Assembly: GCA_900128395.1 (NCBI GenBank)
Contig: LT649245.1
Coordinates: forward strand, 1 to 64,000
Origin: Stramenopiles sp. TOSAG23-2
Taxonomy: Eukaryota
Direction of reading: 5' to 3'
DNA: 64,000 bases
Shown: positions 1-11,404 of the stretch, one piece after another
Layout: the number at the start of each line of letters is the position of its first letter
Position numbering within the stretch: the stretch's first letter is position 1
Made by a program: the position numbers and the translations under genes
Notes under the pieces: generated by a model
Told to the model about the DNA's origin: nothing
Database searches by the model: none
Seen by the model: only the letters and a program-made list of their open reading frames with translations

Positions 1-55
1 TTTCATTTGGTCATATGCCAAACGCCTAGCACTGACACGAGCTATCTTTCCCATT
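1..55. repeat. Exact 55-bp inverted copy of 15484-15538
   Basis: Reverse complement of 1-55 is AATGGGAAAGATAGCTCG...CAAATGAAA, found at 15484-15538. Confidence 0.97.
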
Positions 56-1578
56 TTATCTTTTTCTTTCTGATCTTGCTCTAAAATATGGTTTTTATGT
101 TTTTCCTCCCCTTTTACAGCATCTTTGTGTTGTTGTTTTTTTTGCTCGTAGTCCTTCATTTGCTGTTTATATTTACCTTTTTCCTCAGAACTCGGGCCAC
201 TTTTATGAAACAATCCACCGATAGCTTGTTTTCCAAAGTTCATTACTGGTCCTTTTGCAGCATTAAATAGTTGCCCAACAAATTTTGTTGTACGTCGAAG
301 CACTTTCATGTTCTTTTTAAGCAACATATTATTGTTCTTTGCTTTCAATTCTACATTTATAGTAGATTTCGCTTCAAGCAAACTGAATGTTCCTCCACCC
401 GCTGAATTTAAAATGGTACAATGCCCAGGTTGTCTATCTTTTGCATCTTGCTCTGCTTTTTTCTTGGCTTCTTGTTCTTTTGCTATTTGCTCTTTTTTAT
501 ATTCCACATGTTTCCTAAATGATTTAAACTCAGCTTCTCGACCTTTTGCAGCTTGTTCATCAACCCTTTTCTCATTTTCTTCATCTCGTTTTTCTTTTTC
601 CTCTGCTGCTTTTTTTCGGAGTTGTTCCGCAGCGACCCATTTCGTTTGTTCTTTTTTTGACTGTTCGCGGTGACTTTGCATAAGTTGTGTATGTCTCTTC
701 GCTCGCTTCGTTTTTTCCTCTTTTTGACGTTTTATATTCTTTTTTGACTCTTCTACTTGCCTATCCATTTGTTCTAAATGTTTCCTTCGCTCTTCCTTTT
801 GCTTATCATGATACTTTGTTTTTTCTTCCGCTATTGCTGCATCTGTCTTCATACATCCATATCTACCTACATTATTTCTACAAAACATTTCCACAGAAAT
901 TTTAAGCTGACAGGCTTTACATGATTTCCATTCTAGCGTGCAACATTTCTTTTTCTCTCGTTCTAATACTTTTTTCGGGTCTTCATAGTGTAAATTAGTA
1001 GGTGTTTGCTTGTTCTTCTTTGCATCGTTAAGTAAGTTTTTTAATACATTTCCTGATGATGAAGCCTTCTTTGTTGTTTTAACAGATGGAAGAATGAGGG
1101 TCGAGCCTTTATAATAATTTTCTAACTTGCTTTTCAACAACCTTTCCTTGCCTTTATAGGATTTTAATATTAACGGAACATTTTTCAAATTTTTTCGCTC
1201 ATGCTTCATATAAAATTGTATTAAATTAAACTGAAGTTTTGTTGGCTTTCCGTCAAAATGCTTTACATTGTAGATTTTTTTTATACTATTCAACAACGTT
1301 CTTGGATTGTCCTGGTACTTATTTACAATAGCATCGATGTTTTTCACCATCGGTGGATTCCACGCTGTGAAAAAGCGAAGAAGAGTGGCTTTTATAGGCT
1401 TTGGTTTTGGTCTTTTAAAAATAAAACGTTGGCCATGATCGACTTGGTTTTGCAAACTATTGCTTGTAGCATTCACGACACTAATATTTGTGAATAGAAA
1501 TACTTGGAAAAGAAGCAATATTATACATGGTAACAAAAACAAGGAAATATTCCTTTTCAGCGCGCGATGGTTATACAT
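1..1578 (-). CDS. Secreted/membrane-anchored K/E-rich protein, 3' end runs off the window (absent from the ORF track)
   Basis: My manual translation is open from ATG 1578 to base 1. It starts MYNHRALKRNISLFLLPCIILLLFQVFLF (signal-like). It has two L..FY...N.....V..I...Y....L...L...Y repeats, a CCTLEWKSCKAC...C...GC motif, then a coiled coil. The last 18 codons equal the start of the 15485 gene. Confidence 0.8.
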   Translation of the reverse strand, partial: MYNHRALKRNISLFLLPCIILLLFQVFLFTNISVVNATSNSLQNQVDHGQRFIFKRPKPKPIKATLLRFFTAWNPPMVKNIDAIVNKYQDNPRTLLNSIKKIYNVKHFDGKPTKLQFNLIQFYMKHERKNLKNVPLILKSYKGKERLLKSKLENYYKGSTLILPSVKTTKKASSSGNVLKNLLNDAKKNKQTPTNLHYEDPKKVLEREKKKCCTLEWKSCKACQLKISVEMFCRNNVGRYGCMKTDAAIAEEKTKYHDKQKEERRKHLEQMDRQVEESKKNIKRQKEEKTKRAKRHTQLMQSHREQSKKEQTKWVAAEQLRKKAAEEKEKRDEENEKRVDEQAAKGREAEFKSFRKHVEYKKEQIAKEQEAKKKAEQDAKDRQPGHCTILNSAGGGTFSLLEAKSTINVELKAKNNNMLLKKNMKVLRRTTKFVGQLFNAAKGPVMNFGKQAIGGLFHKSGPSSEEKGKYKQQMKDYEQKKQQHKDAVKGEEKHKNHILEQDQKEKDKMGKIARVSARRLAYDQMK

Positions 1579-2306
1579 TATTATGGGAAATATGCTATAC
1601 TATATATATTATTTATTATTAGATGGTTATCGTTGAGAACGGTATATTAGTGTGTATGTGTGTGTGTGTGCATTAATCAAAATAGTTATAATGCATTAAT
1701 GCATTGTTATTATTTTTATTATTATTATATTATTGATATTATTAATAATAATTATTGTCCACTCCGCTTAGAATACCAGAGTACTGAATAGCACAATAGT
1801 CTAACAATAATGGAATACTGGAATACCAGGAATACCAATAAAATAAAAAGGAACATTGAAAAAGAATATTTGATGACGTGCACCATAGGAATAACACCGA
1901 GGCACTTAGTAAACTTAGGCTATCGCGTGCCGTCTTTCGTCCCCCTTTTATTTATCTATTTTTGTGTTTCTGTGTTTCTTGCTGCCTTTATTAATACCTT
2001 GCTGCCGCCTGCCTAATAAAGCTTTCCTGGCTTTCCGGGTTTTCCCAGCTTTCCAGTCCAGGCTTTCCTCCTTTTTTTTTGATCGCTGGCCAGCTGGCTA
2101 AGAGCCCTATACTTTGTGTATACTTATAATAATAGAAAAAAAATATATATTAAAAAAACTTACTAATAATAAACAGTCGATAATAGACAAATATAAATAC
2201 AACGCAACACATGTATATATAACCATATTATAAAAGTTGATACGTAAGCATATATGAAAAAGGAATATTTTTTACGAAGCAGAGTAATTGTATAAGTATA
2301 AAAACC

Positions 2307-5300
2307 ATGTTAAGTAGATTCATATTGATTATCATTTTACTTTTCAGTGGCTGTACACGGCTTATTTTTGGAAGATCTTTACATAAGTCAAACAGCAGAA
2401 AAAGCAGAGCGTCTGGTAGGGAAGCAACGGTGGAAATATCACAAACAATAGAAAACAATAATGAAAAATTAAAATTGCAAATGGATTCACTCATTTCAAA
2501 CGATTTAAGTAATAGTGGTGGCACCACGCTAGGTAACCCATTACAAAGGCGAATACATTTACAAAACATTTTTCTGTATGAAATATATACACCCGCAAAG
2601 TTAAACTTTAAGAAAGGTGCAATGCATGAAGAAGTAGAATGTTTTCACTCTAAAGATGAAGAGGCGTTAAACAATATTCTAACAAAGTTGAATGATTTAA
2701 TGCCAGGGAAAAAAACGGACACTATTTACAATGTTTATAAACGGGACATAAATTTGCAAAGGCTACTTCGCATTGGTAACTTTAGTGGTACACGAACTCA
2801 ACAATTTGCCAGAAACCAAAAAATTGCTTTGTTTTATATCTTAAAAATTTTGAAAGCTATTGCTGGGTCGCCTGTTATATCCAAAGCATATGATACTGCT
2901 TGGGGTCGTCCTGTATTGTACCGCTTACAATCATTGCGTAGGCACCTTTTAAAGGCTTTGGCAATTGCAATCCAAACATCGACCCAGGATATTATGATAA
3001 GAGGCAATGGTGAAATTGCATGTAAAAAATATCTCCAGATTCAAACACTTATTCCCGTTGCAACTAACTTTTTGAGTTCATTTTCCCGTTGCGTCGGTAA
3101 CAATTTTGTACGTAAATCAGATAAAATACATGAATGTAGCTTTGATTTTACATTTCCAGATCTTTTCATAGCAAATGCAATCGAAAAAGAAACTAAAAAA
3201 GGCGATAACACCGTTGTAACACCGCCATCTTCTCTGCTTGAGGAAAAATTAGCCTTGAGAAGAAGCACTAATAGTAATCAAAACGGGGATTCAATAATGT
3301 CGAAGACTTTACAAACAAAATCGCCAGAAAATACGAAATCTTTCGCTGGAATAATGAAAACAAAGAAAACAGAAAAAAAGCCATCAGAGCCAACTAAAAG
3401 TGCAGATATGGCCGACGTTATGGTACCAGATTTTAACAAACAGGTCCAGCCAGTTATTATGGGCAAAATAAATTTACTAAGTGCGACAAAGAAATTGTAT
3501 AAAAAAAATGACATCGTGCATGATAACACGAAGTGGTTTATTTTGATTGATGAGAAACAGCAGGATAAATCGGAAGCGTGGGCTATCATTCCGATTTTAA
3601 ATGTACAATTTGCAAATACAAAAGGTTATCGCGATGGGGATATAGCTGTATTTTCGGACAAAGTATATATGTTAGATGATGTTGAAAATCAAAATCAAGA
3701 TCACGCTTGGTTTCCTATATCATTAGATAAAACGTTGATATTAGAGACATCAAAATCAAATTTAAATATGAAACTGCATACAAGATTGCCTATTGTCTAT
3801 GGTGAATTCAATCCAGCTATAGCAGAATCAAATGGTTACGAAGCAAACAGTATCGTATACCTTACAGAAGCAAGAAGTTTATTTATTTTAACAAATGTTA
3901 AAGAGCAAGATATAAAATCTTCATGGAAAAAAATTAATCGAATAAGTAATATTCACTTGTCCAAATCAAGTTACAACACCAACGACTTAGTTATATCCGA
4001 AGATAATAGAATATTATTGTTAAAAACACCATTTGATCAAATGAATCCAAATTCATGGACGGAAATAGACACAAGCAATATAATTATGGATATTACAAAT
4101 GACGACACAGTACAAAATGCAAATGAAGAAATCGAAAAGAAAATAAAGCTCATAAAAAAGGAAAAAGAAAACGAAATAGAAGAAGTGAATCGAGGAAAGC
4201 AGGACTTAATGGCGTTAAAAAACAAAATGTTGAAATCTATAAAGGCTAAATCGAAAATATTTCATCAATACCCGGTTGATAAATGTGTATATCAAGCTTT
4301 TAATGGGAAATCGCCATCCATGAAGCAGTTCATATGTGGCAAGCCAACAAATATTAATGTTGAGAATGGGATCAATATCTTTGAAATTCCATTGCACTCT
4401 GCAGGGTTAAATCCATATCTTTTAAATAGTAAAAACTTTAAATATGGAATTACTGATCGATGTGGACGATTGGAAAAATATGTTACAGTCTCATTACGCG
4501 ATGCAAAAAAAGTACAATTACCAAATGGGCGTATTGTAGTAATACCACCGAAACTTGTTGCGGAGTTAGATTGTTACAATCATGATTGCAAAATATTCAT
4601 GTGCAATCAAAAAACTGGCATGGCAAGAGTCATCAGTGGAAATTTGTATGTGTATCGTGACGAAGGTAAACAAAAAGATCAAAAGGATAATTCAAATAAA
4701 CAATTCGTTGCACAGTATGAAATTAATGCTAAAGGTACTACATTTACATTTGAGTTAATACAAGATGTACAGCAGCTCAACAAAGAAGAGGATATGGAAT
4801 TTATTGAAACTACGGAAGTAAAAGTAAACAATAAAAACATTGGACAAGATCTTATCATTGCAAATATATGTACAAAAGTTAAAGAGCTGGCAAAAGAACA
4901 TCCGGATGCAACGAAAAGCGATGTTGATAATTACTTGCATGAAACATATTCTATGACAAAGGACGAATTGGTATTATTTTATGAAAAATGCCCACTTGAT
5001 GAACAAAAGAAAACTGGCGTTCAGAAAAAAACATCGTCTACAATAAAAACAGAAATTGGAAAAATTTGTAAAAATGTTAAAAAAATGGCAATGCAATACC
5101 CAGATGCAACTGAAAATGATATCTTTAAATATTTGGAGATAGAGTACAATATGAATAGTAAGGAAATGGAACTTTTCCACAAAGAATGCTTGGTTGAAGA
5201 AGAAGTCAAGAAAACCAGACGAACATCTGAAACAATTAATAAAAAAAATGAAAATCTAAAATCATTTGTTAATTTAAATCGAAGTTATGATAGATACAAA

Positions 5301-5327
5301 TGGTTGAAAACGTCTCAAGAGTGCTAA
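2307..5327 (+). CDS. Secreted 1006-aa protein of unknown function with four Y..N/G-D-I-V...W repeats and two C-terminal helical repeats
   Basis: Long ORF with N-terminal signal peptide MLSRFILIIILLFSGC and visible internal repeats. Confidence 0.85.
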   Translation: MLSRFILIIILLFSGCTRLIFGRSLHKSNSRKSRASGREATVEISQTIENNNEKLKLQMDSLISNDLSNSGGTTLGNPLQRRIHLQNIFLYEIYTPAKLNFKKGAMHEEVECFHSKDEEALNNILTKLNDLMPGKKTDTIYNVYKRDINLQRLLRIGNFSGTRTQQFARNQKIALFYILKILKAIAGSPVISKAYDTAWGRPVLYRLQSLRRHLLKALAIAIQTSTQDIMIRGNGEIACKKYLQIQTLIPVATNFLSSFSRCVGNNFVRKSDKIHECSFDFTFPDLFIANAIEKETKKGDNTVVTPPSSLLEEKLALRRSTNSNQNGDSIMSKTLQTKSPENTKSFAGIMKTKKTEKKPSEPTKSADMADVMVPDFNKQVQPVIMGKINLLSATKKLYKKNDIVHDNTKWFILIDEKQQDKSEAWAIIPILNVQFANTKGYRDGDIAVFSDKVYMLDDVENQNQDHAWFPISLDKTLILETSKSNLNMKLHTRLPIVYGEFNPAIAESNGYEANSIVYLTEARSLFILTNVKEQDIKSSWKKINRISNIHLSKSSYNTNDLVISEDNRILLLKTPFDQMNPNSWTEIDTSNIIMDITNDDTVQNANEEIEKKIKLIKKEKENEIEEVNRGKQDLMALKNKMLKSIKAKSKIFHQYPVDKCVYQAFNGKSPSMKQFICGKPTNINVENGINIFEIPLHSAGLNPYLLNSKNFKYGITDRCGRLEKYVTVSLRDAKKVQLPNGRIVVIPPKLVAELDCYNHDCKIFMCNQKTGMARVISGNLYVYRDEGKQKDQKDNSNKQFVAQYEINAKGTTFTFELIQDVQQLNKEEDMEFIETTEVKVNNKNIGQDLIIANICTKVKELAKEHPDATKSDVDNYLHETYSMTKDELVLFYEKCPLDEQKKTGVQKKTSSTIKTEIGKICKNVKKMAMQYPDATENDIFKYLEIEYNMNSKEMELFHKECLVEEEVKKTRRTSETINKKNENLKSFVNLNRSYDRYKWLKTSQEC

Positions 5328-6055
5328 GAAAAATTACGAGAAAATATAAAAAATGATGTGTTCTTAAAATCTTAAAAAGTTATAATAATTTTACTTCCCG
5401 TGGTAAATAATATTATATGCTCAATATTTCAATCTCAGGAATAATATATTCAATCCTACTATAATTGTGCAATGATTCTGTAATACCTGCAAATAAGTCA
5501 AAAAAAGGGGGGGAGGTTATACTTGATTTGCATCTACCTATATATACACTATACTTGGTCAGGTTATTGAACTGGAGCAAATATTCTCATCTAGTGCTCT
5601 AGAATATTTAAATAGCAGGTAATTACAACAGTAGAAGACCTAAAAACAACAAAGTTAAGGTACCACCTGGTGGTACAAGTAAAGCAACTTTTGCTAAAAG
5701 CTAGTGTGTAGCAAGTACTAGATCAGCTATAATCATACAATATTGGTCGCTGTGCCATTCGTAAAAATAATCTACCTTAACCTGGTAAATCACATCTACA
5801 TCTAAAAACATTTTTTTTTGGTGTATATTTTATATTTATACGTTTAGGCACTAGGCACATTTCCACTTGAAATAAAATATATATTAATATACATAATTAA
5901 AATCATATAATTTGATATGCGAAGTAGATGTTGTACATTGTATTATATGTGATGACTCTTGTATTATATAAAATTATTTATGCAATATAATCGTTGGAAA
6001 AAAACATTTGTTCATTTATATATACAATATTTATCTCATCCCACGCACACAGGTC

Positions 6056-6292
6056 CTAAGAACATAATTTACTTTTCATATTTTTCAATCGCAATGATTT
6101 TTCTTGTGCTTTTGCTTGTTTCTTTGCCTTCAACTCTTTATTGCCGCACATACATTGTTTAAATGCTATCCAAAACCAATAACATTGAGACGTAAGTAAA
6201 CAAATCATTGGTACACCAGCATAAAGTAATAATTTACAATAATATGGTCGTATAGCAAGCTGATCTTCATACATATTCAATATGCAATCCAT
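6056..6292 (-). CDS. Possible small single-pass membrane protein
   Basis: 78-aa ATG ORF with a hydrophobic segment and a basic tail; no recognisable family. Confidence 0.4.
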   Translation of the reverse strand: MDCILNMYEDQLAIRPYYCKLLLYAGVPMICLLTSQCYWFWIAFKQCMCGNKELKAKKQAKAQEKSLRLKNMKSKLCS

Positions 6293-6947
6293 ATTTAATA
6301 ATTTAGTAAGTTTGTCATCAGATAATGATATTTACATGTTATTTTGAGATCAAAAAAAAAAAAAAAAGCTATCTTAAATTGTAGGTGCGTCACACGTAGA
6401 CCAACCAACATGATATTTATGTGCTATCCTAAAGTAAATTTGCTGAAACTAGAAGATTCGGATCGATCTTTTCGTGCCTAAAAACATACATTTGTAACTG
6501 ACGTGATGAACTTGATTGGAGTTGAAGCTACCCAATACGCAGTGCTAAAACCCTCGTGTCAAAACTTAACAAATTAACACTATTCACTATGGGAAATATA
6601 TCTATATATCGTTTTCTAAAATGCCAATTGTATTTTTCATATAGTTGTAAAAAATAGCAAATATCCGAAAATATAGAAATGATGAATACAGTATGTCCTT
6701 TTGATGTGAATGTGTGTACCGTCGTAGTCTAGTGTAGTTGAACGGTCTATATATATTATTTTGTTTAACACATCAGCACCACACAACAGTGACTACGAGA
6801 GTGCATAAAATTATATTCAAGAAAGAGTGAAATCAGGGTGAAATATATATATATATATCCGATTGAAAGTTTTATCTTGATACATGTGCACATGTGGATA
6901 TATATAATAACTAGAAAGGAAATGTGAGCTTTTTTATATGAAAAACG

Positions 6948-7724
6948 ATGATAGATGGAAATGATAGACTTCCTCCACCTGAATATGGCTTCGGGCATTC
7001 GTTATTACGCCCACATAATACAGAAATGACACAGCGATATTTTGATGATAATGCGAAACGAAATAATAAACTTCCAAAGAAAAAAATGATTATTAGTACA
7101 TTTGTCTGTTGTTTGATTTTAATTCTGTTTTACTTAATGATTAATAAATTAGGTAGAGATATTAACTATTTTGTGTATTGGTTTGTCATTTTGTTATGTA
7201 TTGGAAGTAGTTGTTGCGTATGTTTTACATGGGCTTATTTTCAATTCTCAGCAATTACTTATTATGCCCATAAGAGTTCTCCAGGCAAAGCACCATTTTT
7301 TGTACAAGGCGACGGAAAAATAAAAAGTACAGACAAAAAAGTAAATCAATATGTACGACGAATTATTGGATATGGCAACATACAAAATTTACATTCAGAG
7401 GATGAAAGGAGAATCACAATTGGTTGCAAAGCTATTGAATGGCATGTGCGACGTTTAAACAATACAGATCATCCTCTAATGTTTAAAGGATATCAATGGT
7501 TTCATCATTTACAGAAACACGAGGTATTAGAATACAATCAAAATGAATCATATAATATGTTGAAAATATTATCGGATGAATATTTAAATTCAAATGAGTA
7601 TAAGATGAAAATATTATTAGAAAAAGAAAAAAAGAAAAAGAAAAAAGAAATGGAGAAAGAAATAATGGAAAAATATGATGTACCTAATGAAAAATTAAGA
7701 AAATATCTTTATCGTAGGGAGTGA
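6948..7724 (+). CDS. Hypothetical 2-TM membrane protein
   Basis: 258-aa ORF with two hydrophobic helices and a charged C-terminus. Confidence 0.7.
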   Translation: MIDGNDRLPPPEYGFGHSLLRPHNTEMTQRYFDDNAKRNNKLPKKKMIISTFVCCLILILFYLMINKLGRDINYFVYWFVILLCIGSSCCVCFTWAYFQFSAITYYAHKSSPGKAPFFVQGDGKIKSTDKKVNQYVRRIIGYGNIQNLHSEDERRITIGCKAIEWHVRRLNNTDHPLMFKGYQWFHHLQKHEVLEYNQNESYNMLKILSDEYLNSNEYKMKILLEKEKKKKKKEMEKEIMEKYDVPNEKLRKYLYRRE

Positions 7725-7974
7725 TATGTGGTGATATCTAAAATGAGTTCGCATTTAGCACAAAATTATGATACTTATAGCGCTATTAAAAATATATTAT
7801 TATTGAAATTATACATACCAGCATACAATTTAAATTATTATTACACAAAAAAATATCTTCTTTTCATGGAGGAAAATCGGCCTCCGGCTCTCTCGCGCTC
7901 ACCAAATCGTGAAATAAAATCTCATCACACACGCCAATCATTTTAAAAAAACATACGTCGTGTGTCCAACTTTT

Positions 7975-9266
7975 TTAATCCTCCTCTTCCTCATCAGGCA
8001 ATTTCATATAAAAAAATTCTTTTGCTTTTGGATCATTTTTCAATGAATTGATTAATTCCATCTCATCTTCAGATAATTCAAAACCATAGACACTTAAATT
8101 TTCTTCCATATGCTTTGGGTTTCCTGTTCCTGGTATGATTATTGCATTCATTTGTAATGCCCAACGTAATAAAATTTGTGCAACGCTTTTATTATGTGTT
8201 TTAGCAATATCTTTCAATGTATCGACTGTAAATGCTTTTGCACTTTGCATCATTGCCCCTAATGATGAATATGCTGTGACAGGTATATTGTTTTTTTGGC
8301 AATAATCAAATGTTTCTTGCTGCCAATCAGGTACCCATGGATTGTATTGAAATTGATTTGCTGCAATTGGTGCTAAATCTAAATTTGAAATCTGTTTTAA
8401 TTGTTTAATATTGAAATTGGATACACCAATATTACGTACAAAACCATTTTCTCTTGCCATACTTAATCCTTTCCAAGTTTCAATACGACATTGTTTATTT
8501 GATAATTTTAAATCTGTGCATTCTTTGACACTTAAAATTGGTAACATCTGTTTTGGAAAATGTAATAATAATAAATCAATATATTCCAAATTTAATTCTT
8601 CTAAATATCGTTTCACACTATTTTGAGATGTTTTAAATCCAAAAAATCGTGCGGGAATTTTTGTTGTTACAAATATTTCACTACGTGGTATTCCACGTTT
8701 CATAGCATCTTGAACTTCTAAATATCGTTTCACACTATTTTGAGATGTTTTAAATCCAAAAAATCGTGCGGGAATTTTTGTTGTTACAAATATTTCACTA
8801 CGTGGTATTCCACGTTTCATAGCATCTTGAATACCTTTGCCAACACCTTGATGATTTAAATATAAATCAGCTGTATCTATATGTCTACCACCTAATAAAA
8901 GATACCATAATACAGTACGACGTACGGTTTCTTCATCATATGCACTAGCACGGCAACACATACCCAAGCCTTGCGCTGGTATTTTTCCTCCATCTTCACC
9001 TGGTAAATGTAAAAACATTTCGTTTATTGGCCTTGATAATGGTTTTAAATCAGCTGGTACGATAGGTGTCAATGGCTTTGCATATGGACCAAATATAGTA
9101 GCAGGCAATTGTCCTTTAAATAATGGTATAATAGTAGCAAACATAGTGCCTTCCGGTATCATTTTTGTATTTACCATCCAATAAATATTGCAATTAATAC
9201 AATGAATATTGGCAATACACGTATCAATAATACATTTATACACGTTTTACATGTGGAAATTATCAT
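7975..9266 (-). CDS. Aldo-keto reductase with N-terminal membrane anchor (apparent 1-bp frameshift near 9172; in-frame 117-bp duplication)
   Basis: Motifs GRHIDTADLYLN, RSEIFVTTK, LEYIDLLLLHFP, IGVSNF and AQILLRWALQ. The upstream frame from ATG 9266 encodes a TM helix ending IFIGW. Confidence 0.9.
8598..8831. repeat. Exact 117-bp tandem duplication (probable assembly artefact)
   Basis: 8598-8714 = 8715-8831. Confidence 0.95.
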
Positions 9267-9799
9267 ATTTATTAAATATTATTACTATACAATCTTATGA
9301 AAAATTGATATTGTATATATCTCTTATCGTTAACGGAGGGGCCACCTCTTAATACTGGGCTACGAATATCGTTTAACAATTCTTCTGGTTTATCCTCTCT
9401 ACTTTCTGGTTTGTTGTATCTTTTTATAATTTTTTATAAAGTGTCTCTCTATTTTTAGTTTGTTTGTTTATTATCATCTCACTTGGCTGTAGTATAATAC
9501 CAACGATATTTCCCTGTTAATCGCAGGTTAAGGTGAAATCATCATCAAACTTCAAAACACCTTAAATAAAACCACTAAAAACCAGTGAGAAAAACACAAC
9601 ATAAAAAACAAACAAAAATGAATGGACTTGTTCGATCAAATTTTATTCGAAATAATTTATATAATGTATATTATACAGAAGTAAATAGAAACAAGTGGAA
9701 GAAATAATATTACAGGTATATTTAATATATAATATAGTTTACATATTATTTATATAAATACGATATTTAATATATATATTTCTGTTTTTTGAAAAAGAC

Positions 9800-10747
9800 A
9801 TGTTGAAATTACTAGTGAAAAATACAAGGACCATGGCAATTCGTTGTCGTGGTAGTTATAATATAATTAAGAATAATAATAATATGAAGATAATAAAACG
9901 TGGTATGGCAAAGAAAAAAGGTCGTAATCAACAACAACAAAAAGGGAGGAAAGGTAAACGTGGAGCATCTAGGAAAAAGATTATGGGTCCGACATTAAAG
10001 AAAGCATTAGCAGATCATGAAAAATACTCGAAACTGAATAAAAGTGATGTACCAGGATATATTATGTCTTCTAATGCGCAAGCTGCTAATAAAGGAATTT
10101 TTAAAGACTTTATGAAATTGGAAACTACTTTACCACACGATTTAAGAGTCATTAAACGAAGAAAGCGTGATAAAAATTTTATGGAAGATGTCGACAAGAT
10201 AAAAGTCAAACCGCATGGTATTATGGAAGATATGTATGAATGGTATACACCACCAGTGCGGAAAACAATGTTAACCCCACATTTTACAAATCGTGGTGGT
10301 GTGGAGAATTCAGGTGGGCGTATTAAATACATGCACAGTATGCATGAAAATATGATTAAAATGGAAGGTTTTCAAAGGCAATTTAATCGTTTATCAGATT
10401 ATCGTCATAATCGGGGGTTTAAAGAAAAACCGTTTAAATTAAAAAAGATTGAACGAAGTAAAAAAATATCTGCAAAAAATGCAAAAGCAGCTTTGGCAAC
10501 ATTAAATTATTTAGAATTTATGAAAGAAAGTAGAATAGCGTCAAAACATCGTCGTAAAGAATTTTTAGCTAGTTTTGAACGATTTGGTGAACAAGAAGAT
10601 GAAGATGAAAGTAATGATGATGATAGTAGTGGAAATCAACAAGGTATTAGTAAATTTGATTTTTCCATCTTAGGTAGTGCAAGTAAATCATCTAAAATAC
10701 GATATGCACCTAATGATAATAATAATAATGATGATAGGAAGAAATAG
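9800..10747 (+). CDS. Basic protein with mitochondrial-presequence-like N-terminus; weakly bS21-like C-terminal half
   Basis: 315-aa ORF with an R/K-rich, acid-free N-terminus. The ribosomal S21 resemblance (FKEKPFKLKKIER) is weak. Confidence 0.65.
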   Translation: MLKLLVKNTRTMAIRCRGSYNIIKNNNNMKIIKRGMAKKKGRNQQQQKGRKGKRGASRKKIMGPTLKKALADHEKYSKLNKSDVPGYIMSSNAQAANKGIFKDFMKLETTLPHDLRVIKRRKRDKNFMEDVDKIKVKPHGIMEDMYEWYTPPVRKTMLTPHFTNRGGVENSGGRIKYMHSMHENMIKMEGFQRQFNRLSDYRHNRGFKEKPFKLKKIERSKKISAKNAKAALATLNYLEFMKESRIASKHRRKEFLASFERFGEQEDEDESNDDDSSGNQQGISKFDFSILGSASKSSKIRYAPNDNNNNDDRKK

Positions 10748-10827
10748 TGAGGTAGTGCAAGTAAATCATCTAAAATACGATATGCACCTAATGATAATAA
10801 TAATAATGATGATAGGAAGAAATAGTG
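10672..10827. repeat. Exact 78-bp tandem duplication (probable artefact)
   Basis: 10672-10749 = 10750-10827; spans a stop codon. Confidence 0.95.
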
Positions 10828-11404
10828 TGTGTGTGTGTGTGAAAGATGTGAGATCTTCCCATATATGATATGTGTATCTGTATATCATACTGTATAAGAT
10901 GTGTTGTATTAAAATTTAGTATTAATAAATAGCACTGATGGAAAAATTTAGCCTGATTCCACTGATGGTACATGTATTAATACTATTTCGAACTATAACT
11001 GGCTAATGGATGCTTGAAATTTTCATCATTGTATTACACAAAAACGCGACGAAAGATGGAAAAGGCTGACGGATTGCCAGATTGCCAAAAAATCCAAAAT
11101 CCATTTTATAGAATCATACCCATTCTTCAGTACCAGGTACTAATTTACCTGTAAATACTCCTCCTCGTTCTTCTTGCCCTCCTCCTCCAGCAGCCCTCCT
11201 AAAATCTAGACTCAACTTGAAGAAGAGATATAAATCTAGAATAAAGATACAAATATATATATATTATCACACAAGTCGTCTAACCTATAGCAAGTCTACA
11301 AACAAGATCATCATCATCATCTACAAAAGCATATTTTGATACAAACATTTATACCATACGTACATATCATTTTATTATTATTACACAATATACCAATCAA
11401 AAAC

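Noticed and set aside
88-1497. Plus-strand F/S/L-rich ORFs, and the many short antisense ORFs throughout the track
   Set aside because: They are shadows of K/E-rich or otherwise well-supported genes on the opposite strand.
5410-5490. Possible terminal exon on the minus strand (ITESLHNYSRIEYIIPEIEILSI*)
   Set aside because: Short, no upstream exon found, and it overlaps the dispersed repeat.
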